Source of the DNA: a virus
Lineage: Duplodnaviria > Caudoviricetes
Direction: 5' to 3' (one strand)
Virus record (IMG/VR): IMGVR_UViG_3300032284_000652
Span: 1-52,816 of that record
Length of the DNA stretch: 52,816 nucleotides
Positions within the stretch are counted from its first letter, which is position 1. The number at the start of each line of letters is the position of its first letter. Positions 27,550 through 37,050 of this stretch are shown piece after piece. The notes under the pieces are model-generated. The model saw only the letters and a list, made by a program, of their open reading frames with translations, searched no databases and had not been told where the DNA came from. Both the position numbers and the translations under genes were made by a program.

Positions 27550-29856
27550 ATGGCCATGACGCCGGGACTTATGCCGAACCTTCGCCAAGGCGGTCTCGGC
27601 GGCGCTGAGCCCATGAACGACGATGACGTGCAGGTCGAAGTTGCCGACAGCGATGGCGACGTTCCAAACATTGATGAAGACGGAAACGTCATCCAGATTG
27701 AGCACGATGACGGCTCGATCACCATTTCCCTCGACGGCAAGCCCCTGAACGAGCCGGAAGACCGCGCCCCCAAGGGTTGGTTTGACAATCTGGTGGAGGA
27801 CATCGACCAGAACGAACTGACCCGGATCGCCGAAGACCTGTTGCGCGGCATTGATGAGGACATCAATAGCCGCCGGGACTGGATCGAGGAGCGCGCTCTG
27901 GGCGTGAAACTCCTTGGCCTGAAGATCGAGATACCGGGGCTTCAAGGGGCCGCTGACGGGGCTCCGGTGGAGGGCATGAGCAAGGTCCGTCACCCGCTTC
28001 TGCTGGAGGCCGTGCTGCGGTTTCAGGCCAACGCCCGGTCGGAGCTTCTGCCGACTGACGGCCCCCTGAAGATCAGGAACGACAACAACCGCGCCGAGCT
28101 TAACGAGGACCAGCTTGCCAACGCGCTGGAGCGGGACCTGAACCACTACCTGACGTCCGTGGCGACCGAGTATTACCCCGACACGGATCGCATGCTGTTG
28201 ATGGTAGGTTTCGGGGGGACGCAGTTCAAGAAAGTCTATTTCTGCCCGCTGCGGAACCGGCCTGTCAGTGAGACGGTAGATGCCGACGATCTGATCGTCA
28301 ACAACAACGCCACCGATCTGGCCAACTCCAAGCGGATCACTCATCGCATCATGATGCGCCCGTCCGTGGTCAAGCGCATGCAGATACTGGGCGTCTATCA
28401 TGACGTCGATCTGGGATCAGCGCGGGCTCCAAAGCTGGACAGTCTGCAGCGGGAAGAGCGGACCCAGCAGGGCGTCTCGGCTGAAAGCAAGCCCGACGAC
28501 TACGACCGCGAGATTTATGAGTGTTACTGCGAACTCGACATCAAGGGCTACGAGCACAAGTGGAAGGGCAAGGCCTCCGGTCTCGAAATTCCCTACCGCG
28601 TGACCATCGACGTCTCGTCCCGCAAGGTCCTGTCCATCGTCCGCAACTACAACGACACCGAGCGCCTGCCGGAGCCCCGTGAGACGTTTGTGGACTACAC
28701 CTTCGTGCCGGGCATGGGCTTCTACGGCATCGGCCTGCTGCATATCCTCGGCAACACCACCAATGCCATCACGGCGGCGTGGCGGGAGATGCTGGACAAC
28801 GGCATGTACGCCAACTTCCCCGGCTTCCTGATGGCAAAGTCCGGCTCTCGCCAGAACACCAACATCTTCCGCGTACCCCCCGGCGGTGGCGCACAGATCG
28901 ACACAGGCGGCCTTCCCATCAATCAGGCCATCATGCCCCTGCCGTACCAGACGGGCGGCATGGGGCCGCTCATGCAGTTGACTGACAGCATGGCCCAGAC
29001 GGGCATGCGGATCGGCGGCACGTCGGAGCAGCAGGTCGGCGAGGGCCGTGCAGAGGCCCCTGTGGGCACGACGCTCGCCATGATTGAGCAGGCGACCAAG
29101 GTCATGAATGCCGTCCACAAGCGCCTCCACGCCGCTCAGGCGCGGGAGTTCAAGCTGCTGGTTGAGGTGTTCAAGGAGCACCCGGAGGCGTTCTGGCAGC
29201 GCAACGGGCCGTCCAAGACCCAGTGGGACGAGGACACGTTCCTGAAGGCGTTGGAGGACTGCGATCTGGTGCCGCAGGCGGACCCGAACACCGCCTCCCA
29301 TGGGCAGCGGGTCATGAAGATCATGGCGCTGAAGCAGCTTCAGGGCGCAAACCCGTCCATGTACGACCCCATCGCCGTGGACCGGGCTGCGCTGCAGGCC
29401 ATCGGCTGGAACAACCCCGAGCAGTTCCTTGTGCCGCAGGGTGCCCAGCAACAGCCGCCGCCTGAGCTTATCAAGATGCAGTCCGACGCCAAGGTCAACC
29501 AGCAGAAGGCCGACGCCGAGACCATGACGGCGCAGGCCAAGGCGAAGGAAGTGGACGCCAAGATACAGCAGGGCGCGTTCGCCCCCAAGCCCGCCGCTGG
29601 CGGCCTTGCCGGTAGCGAGCAGAAGCAGCCCGACCCTGCCGCTCAGATGACCGCACAGGCCAAGTTGATGGACGCCCAGACCAAGGGTCAGCAGATACAG
29701 GTCCAGCACGCCACGGCGCAGATGGAGGACCAGAACCGCGATCTGGACCGCCAGTCCCGCGAGCGCGTCGAGATGCTGTCGCTGGCCAAGGACGTGGCGT
29801 TACACCCTGAAGCGGCCCCAGCCGTCCGGTCGGTCGAGAAGGAAAGCAAATCGTGA
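27550..29856 (+). CDS. Portal protein (podovirus type)
   Basis: 768 aa after terL; HPLLLEAVLRFQA, FKKVY, GFYGIGLLH, PVGTTLAMIEQ motifs; Gln/Ala-rich C-terminal barrel. Confidence 0.92.
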   Translation: MAMTPGLMPNLRQGGLGGAEPMNDDDVQVEVADSDGDVPNIDEDGNVIQIEHDDGSITISLDGKPLNEPEDRAPKGWFDNLVEDIDQNELTRIAEDLLRGIDEDINSRRDWIEERALGVKLLGLKIEIPGLQGAADGAPVEGMSKVRHPLLLEAVLRFQANARSELLPTDGPLKIRNDNNRAELNEDQLANALERDLNHYLTSVATEYYPDTDRMLLMVGFGGTQFKKVYFCPLRNRPVSETVDADDLIVNNNATDLANSKRITHRIMMRPSVVKRMQILGVYHDVDLGSARAPKLDSLQREERTQQGVSAESKPDDYDREIYECYCELDIKGYEHKWKGKASGLEIPYRVTIDVSSRKVLSIVRNYNDTERLPEPRETFVDYTFVPGMGFYGIGLLHILGNTTNAITAAWREMLDNGMYANFPGFLMAKSGSRQNTNIFRVPPGGGAQIDTGGLPINQAIMPLPYQTGGMGPLMQLTDSMAQTGMRIGGTSEQQVGEGRAEAPVGTTLAMIEQATKVMNAVHKRLHAAQAREFKLLVEVFKEHPEAFWQRNGPSKTQWDEDTFLKALEDCDLVPQADPNTASHGQRVMKIMALKQLQGANPSMYDPIAVDRAALQAIGWNNPEQFLVPQGAQQQPPPELIKMQSDAKVNQQKADAETMTAQAKAKEVDAKIQQGAFAPKPAAGGLAGSEQKQPDPAAQMTAQAKLMDAQTKGQQIQVQHATAQMEDQNRDLDRQSRERVEMLSLAKDVALHPEAAPAVRSVEKESKS

Positions 29857-31433
29857 CGACATCCGCCAACCAGCGCATGCAAAAGGTCATCGATCTGGCG
29901 CGCGAAATCGCCGCCAAGACGTCCCCCGGCGTGGAAGACGTGCCCATGCCCAAGCCCGGCCAGCCGATCCCTGTGCTGCACTATCCAGTGCCGGGGTTTG
30001 CGAACGGCGGAAAGACCGTGCGGCGGGCGGTTATGGCGGCTAAAGGCAAGGGCGGCTCAACCGGAAAGCAAAACCTACCCATGGATGCGCAAAGCCGTGA
30101 AGAGCGCGCCGCTCAAATGGGTTTTTCGGGTCCGTGGTATCACGGCTCCGCTCGATTGGATCGGGTTGTTTCAGGCGACAAAATTGACCCCAAGCGCGCC
30201 ACGTCCGGTCCTATGCCTTTCTTCACCGACAATCCGGCCATGGCTTCCAATTACGCTACAGGAAAACAGGACACATCGCTGTCGGCTGGCGACACGGGTG
30301 AGACGGCAAATTATTTTACGGTTCATCCGAAAGACTTGGGTTTTTCAGGAAGGAATCCCATTCCGGTTGAAAAAAGCTGGCATTATCTGCCGCCGCACAT
30401 CAGATCACAAATCGCTCAAAGCGCCATGCGGGTGGGTTATCAAGATCAAGATGCCCATGACGGCGACCTTGTCTTGCATCCTGACTTTGGCTCTATCTCA
30501 TCGCCTGATCATTACGCCCATGTGCTAAAGGAACATCGGGGCAACCATTTGGCCGCTTTGCGCGATCTTTGGGTGGATTCGGGCACCCTGCACGGAGAAG
30601 AAGACAAGTTGGCCCACATCTACCGGCTGGCAGGGTATCCGCACCCCATCAGCCAAGAAACAGCCCCATGGGTTGGAGCGAGCGGCGTTCTTCCAGCCAA
30701 GCTCCAAATGAAAAACCCGCTCCGCACATCAGATACAGATTATTTGCATAAAACAGTCATTCCGCATTTGGAGCGCACGTTCAAAAATGATCGGACGCGC
30801 AAATCGCAATATGGCGCTGACATGTGGGATAAAAACCACCGCTACACACCCAAGGAATGGACCGAAACCTTGAAACAAGAATTGGCCAGAGGTGCCAATC
30901 CCATGGTTTTCACTTCCATCCCCGATAAAGTGACCAACGCGCTTCGTGCGCTGGGACATGACGGCATCATAGATACGGGCGGAAAACAGGGGGGCGAAGG
31001 CCACACGGTAGCCATTCCATTTGATGCCCATCAGGTTAGATCGCAATTCGCCAAGTTCGACCCTAAGGATGAGGGGAAATCCGGCTTTAGCAAGGCGGGC
31101 GGCGGATCGGCAGATTGGGATTCGTTGCTTCGACGGCAAAGAGACGTCGAGGGGCTTAAGGCGGCGATCAGGGACCCCCAAACGGGGGAAATCCATTATG
31201 GCCACACTCACAAATCCGTAATGGACGCAGCCTCTCGGCATCCTGATGCGGGTAAATGGAGCAGACTGTCGTGGGAATGGGGAAGTGATGATTCCCCTCA
31301 CGTTGGTTTTGTAACCCAAGAAGGTGATTTTCTGACTCGCGATGAAGCTAATGACAAATTAAAATTTGGTTACACCGCCGAAGATGCGCGCGATTTCCTT
31401 CGTAGAAAAAGGAACAATGGCGGGACGGTTTAA
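29853..31433 (+). CDS. Modular GG-motif protein with ADP-ribosyltransferase-like (ART-PolyVal-like) domain plus a second small domain
   Basis: WYHGS...FFTDNPAMASNYA...VLPAKLQMKNP...GHDGII...PFDAHQVRSQFAKFDP; modules bounded by FANGG/KGKGG, KAGGG and RNNGG. Confidence 0.7.
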   Translation: MTTSANQRMQKVIDLAREIAAKTSPGVEDVPMPKPGQPIPVLHYPVPGFANGGKTVRRAVMAAKGKGGSTGKQNLPMDAQSREERAAQMGFSGPWYHGSARLDRVVSGDKIDPKRATSGPMPFFTDNPAMASNYATGKQDTSLSAGDTGETANYFTVHPKDLGFSGRNPIPVEKSWHYLPPHIRSQIAQSAMRVGYQDQDAHDGDLVLHPDFGSISSPDHYAHVLKEHRGNHLAALRDLWVDSGTLHGEEDKLAHIYRLAGYPHPISQETAPWVGASGVLPAKLQMKNPLRTSDTDYLHKTVIPHLERTFKNDRTRKSQYGADMWDKNHRYTPKEWTETLKQELARGANPMVFTSIPDKVTNALRALGHDGIIDTGGKQGGEGHTVAIPFDAHQVRSQFAKFDPKDEGKSGFSKAGGGSADWDSLLRRQRDVEGLKAAIRDPQTGEIHYGHTHKSVMDAASRHPDAGKWSRLSWEWGSDDSPHVGFVTQEGDFLTRDEANDKLKFGYTAEDARDFLRRKRNNGGTV

Positions 31434-31507
31434 AAACCGCCTCGCACTTGACACAAGGTGTGGTATTTGTAGCGGATAGCCGGGACGCCGGTTGACTGGA
31501 GATTGCC

Positions 31508-32833
31508 ATGTCCGAGCACAAAAGCATCAGGGAGAGCCTGCCTCATGGGGGTCGTGGTCGCACCCGCGCCAAAGTCCTTCTCCGGTCTGACCCGCACAAG
31601 GGCAGCAAGGTCGATGCTTCGGACTACTCTCCGCCGGACGCTCTTGATCCTGATGTAAAGACGGGCATGCGCCCGCTCCGCACGCGCCTCTACAAGCGCG
31701 GTGGCAAGATCGTGAAGGTCCACGGCGAAAACGCCAAGCACCACGCCGGTCGCAAGCCCCGCAAGAGCGGCGGTCGTGCCATCGAGATGATGAACCGCGA
31801 CCAGCGAGACGCCAACGAGGAGCGCGAAGGCTCCAAGCATGAAGGCGCGTTCAAGCGCGGCGGCCGCGCCCACCGGTCTGACGGCGGGTCCTTTGTCCCC
31901 ACCGAGCGCATGAACTTCGGTTCCGCCGGGTCCAGCCGCATGTCCAAGGCCGCCGGTCTGAAGCGCGGCGGCATGGCACATCACGACGACGCCGCCGAAG
32001 ACATGGCGCTGATCAAGAAGACCGTGAAGGCCGACGCCCTGAAGCGCAAGCATGGCGGCAAGGCCCACCGCAAGCACCGTGACATGGGCGACATGCTCGA
32101 TGAGGACGGCGGCGGATACAGCAGCCCCGTCGATCACTCGATGGACGACAACATGCCGGTGTTTACGCCGCGCAAGCGTCCGCAAGACCCGTCCGTGATC
32201 CGTGGCCGTGACATCTACGAGCCGGTCCCGCCGCGCGCCCACGGCGGCAAGGTCGAAATCCACCACGCATCTTGCAAGTGCCACAAGTGCTCCGGCGGCA
32301 GCGCCCACGCCCATGGCGGCAAGGTCGAAGTCCACCACGTTAATTGCGAATGCACCAAGTGCAAGGCGGCTGACCGCAAGGGCCGCTCGACCGGCGGATC
32401 GCTCGACGTGATGGACGGCGAGATGGAGGGCACGCGCCCCACCGGCTATCGCGAAGTCGGCCACCGCTCTGCCCGCAAGCATGGCGGTCGCGCCAAGGGC
32501 AAGACCAACATCAACATCGTGATCGGAGCGCCCGGTCACCACGCTGACGCGGCTCCCGGCGTGGGAATGCCACCTCCTCCTCCCCGTGGCGTTCCCGTGC
32601 CTCCCCCCGCCCCGCCCATGGGCGGCATGCCTCCGGGGATGCCTCCGGGCGGCCCTCCCGGCATGATGCCCCCCGGCATGATGCCTCCCGGCGGAGCGCC
32701 GCCCATGCCACGCAAGCGTGGCGGTCGTGCCATTCCCATGGCGGCTGCGGCGGCTCTGGGCGAGCATGACACAGGCAGCGGCGGCGGTCTGGGCCGCCTC
32801 GCTAAAATTCGGTCCTATGGCCACTACGACTGA
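31508..32833 (+). CDS. His/Arg/Lys-rich protein with ~11 xxxGG motifs and a Pro/Met/Gly-rich tail
   Basis: RBS ggag; YKRGG, RKSGG, FKRGG, RSDGG, LKRGG, RKHGG, RAHGG, HAHGG, RSTGG, RKHGG, RKRGG. Confidence 0.85.
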   Translation: MSEHKSIRESLPHGGRGRTRAKVLLRSDPHKGSKVDASDYSPPDALDPDVKTGMRPLRTRLYKRGGKIVKVHGENAKHHAGRKPRKSGGRAIEMMNRDQRDANEEREGSKHEGAFKRGGRAHRSDGGSFVPTERMNFGSAGSSRMSKAAGLKRGGMAHHDDAAEDMALIKKTVKADALKRKHGGKAHRKHRDMGDMLDEDGGGYSSPVDHSMDDNMPVFTPRKRPQDPSVIRGRDIYEPVPPRAHGGKVEIHHASCKCHKCSGGSAHAHGGKVEVHHVNCECTKCKAADRKGRSTGGSLDVMDGEMEGTRPTGYREVGHRSARKHGGRAKGKTNINIVIGAPGHHADAAPGVGMPPPPPRGVPVPPPAPPMGGMPPGMPPGGPPGMMPPGMMPPGGAPPMPRKRGGRAIPMAAAAALGEHDTGSGGGLGRLAKIRSYGHYD

Positions 32834-32844
32834 CGAAAGGATGC

Positions 32845-32875
32845 ACGGCGGTGTCGTTTGATGCCGCCGTTTTTA
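32845..32875 (+). terminator. Rho-independent terminator
   Basis: acggcggtgtc-gttt-gatgccgccgt followed by a T-tract. Confidence 0.8.
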
Positions 32876-32879
32876 TTAT

Positions 32880-33077
32880 ATGCTGACGTACAATACCTTA
32901 TTTGAGCATGAGCTTAAAAAGATTATCCTCGCCGAGATCGAGCGGATGACAGACATATTGGCCAATGGCTCTGCCATTGACTACGCCGAGTACAAGCAAC
33001 AGGTTGGACGTATTCAGGGCCTGAAAACGGCCTTGGACTACTGCGACGAAGCCTCATCCATCATCTCAAAAAGGTAA
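32880..33077 (+). CDS. Small head-module protein
   Basis: G.A.DYAEYKQQVGRIQGL motif, upstream of the GroES-like gene. Confidence 0.75.
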   Translation: MLTYNTLFEHELKKIILAEIERMTDILANGSAIDYAEYKQQVGRIQGLKTALDYCDEASSIISKR

Positions 33078-33080
33078 CCT

Positions 33081-33470
33081 ATGCCCTACATGGTTATGAC
33101 CCACGACGTCGATCCAAAAGAGGCCCTCCTCAAGGAGATCGGCGACATCGACAGCGTCGAAATCTTCAACAATCAGGTGCTGTGCGCCGTCTACGTGCGC
33201 CCGGAGAAGACCAAGAGCGGCCTTTACATCACCTCCGCCAGCCGCGACGAGGACAAGATTCAGGGCAAGGTCGGCCTGATCCTGAAGAAGGGCCCGGCGG
33301 CCTTCATCGACGACGGCCAGTGGTTTGCCGACACGACGTTTGAGGACGGGGAGTGGGTCGTTTTCCGCCCGTCTGATGGCTGGAGCATCACCGTCAACGG
33401 TGTCCAGTGCCGCATGATCGATGATGTCAATATCCGGGGGCGCATCCAGCACCCCGACCAAGTGTGGTAG
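33081..33470 (+). CDS. groES: GroES-like co-chaperonin
   Basis: VL....PEKTKSGLYI...VGLILKKGP...GEWVVF...RMIDD..I.G pattern of Cpn10. Confidence 0.8.
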   Translation: MPYMVMTHDVDPKEALLKEIGDIDSVEIFNNQVLCAVYVRPEKTKSGLYITSASRDEDKIQGKVGLILKKGPAAFIDDGQWFADTTFEDGEWVVFRPSDGWSITVNGVQCRMIDDVNIRGRIQHPDQVW

Positions 33471-33478
33471 GAGACAAC

Positions 33479-34372
33479 ATGAGCACGAAAGACGAAGATC
33501 AGATCGAAATTGAGATTGATGACCCCTCCGCCCCCGCCTCTGACGAGGTCAAGGTCGAGGTCATTCCCGAAAGCACCAAGAAGCGGGTCGTGGAGCCCGA
33601 TGACGGTCTCGAAGCCTTGAAGGTTGCCCTTCAACAGGAAAAGGCGGCCCGTCTGGCCGCTGAACAACGGGCTCAGGACGCTGCGCAGTTTGCCTACAGC
33701 GCCCAGAACGAGGCGCATGACAGCAATCTGAGCCTTGTGTCCAACGCCATTGCCACGGTCGGTCAAACCAACGAAATTCTGAAGGCAAACTATCGCGAAG
33801 CGATGTCCGTGGGCGACTACGACCGCGCTTCCGACATTCAAGTCGAGATGGCCAGCAATCAGGCGAAGCTCTTGCAGCTTGAGCAGGGCAAGCAGGCGCT
33901 GGAGAACCAGTCCCGCCCGCAGGCTCCGCAGCCGTATCAGTCCGATCCGGTCGAAGCATTGGCGTCTCAGCTTTCTCCGCGCTCCGCAAACTGGCTGCGG
34001 GCGCATCCTGAGTTCGCCACGGACCAGCGTCTCTATCAAAAGATGCTGGCGGCGCACAATCTGGCGGTCGCAGACGGCCATCCGGTGGACAGCGACGACT
34101 ACTTCTCCGAGATCGAGGGCACGCTCCGCATCAACCGCTCTGAATCCCGGTCTGATCACTCCGATCCGACCCAGCAGGCGGCTCAAGTGACGCAGCGCCG
34201 GTCGGCACCGCCTGCCGCGCCGGTCTCGCGCAGCGGAACCGCGCCCGGCACCCGTCCCAACACCGTCCGGCTGACCGCCCAGCAGATCGAGATGGCTGAA
34301 CTCATGGGCATGACCCCGCAGCAATACGCCAAGAACCTCTTGGCGCTGCAGAAGGAAGGGAAGCTCAACTAA
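33479..34372 (+). CDS. Putative capsid scaffolding protein
   Basis: Acidic N-terminus, coiled coil, C-terminal VRLT..Q...A..MGMT..QYAK; located upstream of the capsid genes. Confidence 0.75.
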   Translation: MSTKDEDQIEIEIDDPSAPASDEVKVEVIPESTKKRVVEPDDGLEALKVALQQEKAARLAAEQRAQDAAQFAYSAQNEAHDSNLSLVSNAIATVGQTNEILKANYREAMSVGDYDRASDIQVEMASNQAKLLQLEQGKQALENQSRPQAPQPYQSDPVEALASQLSPRSANWLRAHPEFATDQRLYQKMLAAHNLAVADGHPVDSDDYFSEIEGTLRINRSESRSDHSDPTQQAAQVTQRRSAPPAAPVSRSGTAPGTRPNTVRLTAQQIEMAELMGMTPQQYAKNLLALQKEGKLN

Positions 34373-34971
34373 TGTCTGAAGCACCGCTGAAAGCCCCGCG
34401 CCCCAAGCGCAAGATGAGCCCGATCCAGAAGGCCGCCGAAGTTGTGGCAGCCGCCCTTGAGCCCGTGGCCGTGGACCGGCCCGCAATGCGTGAGCCGATC
34501 CGTGAGGAAGACCCCCGCGCCCGCGCTGCCCGCCGCGCCGCCGAAATCCGTGGCAACATTGGCTCTCTCGATGAGGGCACCGACGACTTCTACATCGACC
34601 AGAACTCCATCCCTGATGGCTGGTCGTATGAGTGGAAGCGCCGGACGGTTCTGGGGCAGGAAGACCCGGCATATCAAGTCTCCCTGGCCCGCATGGGCTG
34701 GGAGCCGGTGCCCGCGTCCCGCCATCCGGCCTACATGCCCGACAATGGCAAGTACACGACCATCGAGCGCAAGGGCATGGTCCTGATGGAGCGCCCGAAG
34801 GAACTGACCGACGAGGCCAAGACCATCGAACTGAAGAAGGCCCGCAATCAGGTCCGCCAGAAGGAGCAGCAGCTTGCCTCCGCGCCCGATGGGCAGTTTG
34901 GCCGCAACAACAAGGACGCCGCGCTGGTGAAGGTCGGCAAGTCCTACGAGGCCATGCCAATCCCTGATTGA
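34372..34971 (+). CDS. Conserved head-module protein, function unknown
   Basis: IPDGWSYEWKR...GWEPV...HP...GMVLMERP. Confidence 0.75.
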   Translation: MSEAPLKAPRPKRKMSPIQKAAEVVAAALEPVAVDRPAMREPIREEDPRARAARRAAEIRGNIGSLDEGTDDFYIDQNSIPDGWSYEWKRRTVLGQEDPAYQVSLARMGWEPVPASRHPAYMPDNGKYTTIERKGMVLMERPKELTDEAKTIELKKARNQVRQKEQQLASAPDGQFGRNNKDAALVKVGKSYEAMPIPD

Positions 34972-35001
34972 CGAGGGCCTGTCTGGGGTTGGACATGGAT
35001 C

Positions 35002-35036
35002 GGGGCCGGTGAATGACGCACCGGCCCCTTTTCTTT
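35002..35036 (+). terminator. Rho-independent terminator
   Basis: ggggccggtg-aatgacg-caccggcccc followed by ttttcttt. Confidence 0.85.
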
Positions 35037-35077
35037 GCCCGCTATAGGTTGTTACGCCCTGTCAACATCTTTTTTGT

Positions 35078-35105
35078 TTGACGGCGTCTTAAAACCGCAT
35101 ATAGC
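35078..35105 (+). promoter_or_regulatory. Probable promoter of the capsid operon
   Basis: TTGACG-N16-TATAGC downstream of a terminator. Confidence 0.55.
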
Positions 35106-35204
35106 CTGCGTCATCACCTCCCCCGGCGTGGAGGTTTGCAATGATTTCCCGATCCTAGTCGCCCCGGCGCGCGATGATGGCTCTTCCCCAAAGGAGAACC
35201 CGTC

Positions 35205-36110
35205 ATGGCGAATACGTTCGCGCCGAACGGATTTCAGCAGTATCAGGGCACCGGCTCCTCGCCGACCTATGAACAGACCCAGCTTGCCATCGCGAGCACC
35301 AACACCACCCCCATTTTCTCCGGCGACCCGGTAGTTCAGGCTGTCAACACGACCGGCGTCGGCACTGGTTACATTACGCAGGCCGCCGCCCAGCAGTCGC
35401 TGGCTATCTCCGGCTTTGCCCTGTCGAACGGTGTCGTGACCGCGACCTTCACCGCCGTGACCGCTGTCCCGCCGGTTGGCTCGTATCTGGTCCTCACCGG
35501 CCTGACGACCGCCACCACCCTGAACGGTGCGTGGCAGGTGCTGTCGGCCTCGACCACCACGGTCACTTTCGCCTACTCGGGCGCGGCGCTCTCGACGCAG
35601 GCCACCACTGGCTACCTGCTCACCCCGGTTGCGGGCATCTTTGTTGGCTGCCACTACCTGTCCACCGCGAACAAGTATCCGGTGTGGCGCAACTACTGGC
35701 CGGGCTATGACGCCAACGGCGACGTGATCGCCTACGTCATCACCGACCCGAACGCCCAGTTCTCGATCATGACAGGCAACTCCAACACCACCGCCACGGC
35801 GGTCGGCCTTGCCAACATCGGCCAGAACATCGGCTTCAACTACAGCCAGTCGGGCGTGACCACGACCAACGGCGTCACCGCCAACGGCCTGTCCACCTAC
35901 TTCGCTGACCAGTACACGCTGGTGGCCAATAACCCGGCGGGTTACGCGGCCAACAACCTGCTGCCCTTCCGCATCATCGCGCTCCAGAACTACGTTCCCG
36001 GCGCGACCAGCCCGCTCGTTTCGATCAACGGAAACGACAACACCACCGCGTATAACCGCATCGTCGTCGGGTTTAACAACTCGATGCCGCGCGGCTTCGC
36101 TGGCGTCTAA
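35205..36110 (+). CDS. Capsid decoration/minor capsid protein
   Basis: Strong RBS aaggag; MAN..AP.GF...IFSGDPV...YVITDPN; directly before the major capsid gene. Confidence 0.7.
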   Translation: MANTFAPNGFQQYQGTGSSPTYEQTQLAIASTNTTPIFSGDPVVQAVNTTGVGTGYITQAAAQQSLAISGFALSNGVVTATFTAVTAVPPVGSYLVLTGLTTATTLNGAWQVLSASTTTVTFAYSGAALSTQATTGYLLTPVAGIFVGCHYLSTANKYPVWRNYWPGYDANGDVIAYVITDPNAQFSIMTGNSNTTATAVGLANIGQNIGFNYSQSGVTTTNGVTANGLSTYFADQYTLVANNPAGYAANNLLPFRIIALQNYVPGATSPLVSINGNDNTTAYNRIVVGFNNSMPRGFAGV

Positions 36111-36123
36111 GGAGTAAGGACCA

Positions 36124-37038
36124 ATGGCTGTTAACCTTTCAGCAATTAAAGACCTTCTCCTTCCGGGCCTGCGGGGGATTGAAGGCAAGTACGAGATGAT
36201 CCCGTCTCAGTACGACAAGATTTTCACCAAGCACGACTCGAAGCTGGCGCTCGAACGTACCGCTGAAATGCGCTACCTCGGGCTGGCCCAGCTTAAGACC
36301 GAGGGCGGCCAGACCTCCTTCGACAACGGCGCTGGTGAGCGGTACGTGTACAACCAAGAGCACTCGGAAATCGCTCTGGGCTACGCGATCACCCGCAAGG
36401 CCATCGACGACAACCTCTACAAGACGCAGTTCCACCCGTCGAACCTCGGCCTGATTGAATCCTTCCAGCAGACCAAGGAAATCTACGGCGCGTCGATCCT
36501 GAACACGGCTCAGACCTACAACAACCAAGTCGGCGGCGACGGCGTGGCGCTCTGCTCCACCGCCCACCCCATCGACGGTGGTACGGTCGCCAACACCCCG
36601 CTGACGCAGGTTGACCTCAACGAGAGCACCCTGCTGAACGGCATGATCTCCATCCGCACGAACTTCAAGGACCAAGCCGGTCTGAAGGTGTTCGCTCGCG
36701 GCCGGAAGCTGATCATCCCGCCGCAGCTTGAGCCGGTGGCGATCCGCCTGACCAAGACCGAGCTTCGTCCCGGCACCGCCGACAACGATGTGAACGCAAT
36801 CCTGACGACCGCTGGCGGTCTGCCGGAAGGCTACATGGTTGACGACTTCCTCACCTCGTCCTTCGCGTGGTTCCTGCTGACCAACATCGACGGCCTCTCC
36901 TACATGGAGCGGGTCAAGTTCGAGACGGACATGCAAGTGGACTTCGTGACCGACAACCTGCTGGTCAAGGGTTACGAGCGGTACAGCTTCGGCTACTATA
37001 ACTGGCGCGCGATCTACGGCGCGTTCCCGACCTCGTAA
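36124..37038 (+). CDS. Major capsid protein (HK97 fold, Mu gpT-like)
   Basis: LLLPGL, KTEGG, IALGYAITRKAIDDNLY, GDGVALCSTAHP, KLIIPPQL, ERYSFG..NWR. Confidence 0.92.
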   Translation: MAVNLSAIKDLLLPGLRGIEGKYEMIPSQYDKIFTKHDSKLALERTAEMRYLGLAQLKTEGGQTSFDNGAGERYVYNQEHSEIALGYAITRKAIDDNLYKTQFHPSNLGLIESFQQTKEIYGASILNTAQTYNNQVGGDGVALCSTAHPIDGGTVANTPLTQVDLNESTLLNGMISIRTNFKDQAGLKVFARGRKLIIPPQLEPVAIRLTKTELRPGTADNDVNAILTTAGGLPEGYMVDDFLTSSFAWFLLTNIDGLSYMERVKFETDMQVDFVTDNLLVKGYERYSFGYYNWRAIYGAFPTS

Positions 37039-37050
37039 GGAGATAGCGGC

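Noticed and set aside
31448-31497. TTGACA and small hairpin (agccgg-gacg-ccggtt) before ORF 31508
   Set aside because: Possibly a promoter or leader, but no -10 box at convincing spacing, so not reported as a feature.
33260-34996. 578-aa minus-strand ORF
   Set aside because: Antisense to the groES, scaffold and head genes; Arg/Pro-rich off-frame composition.
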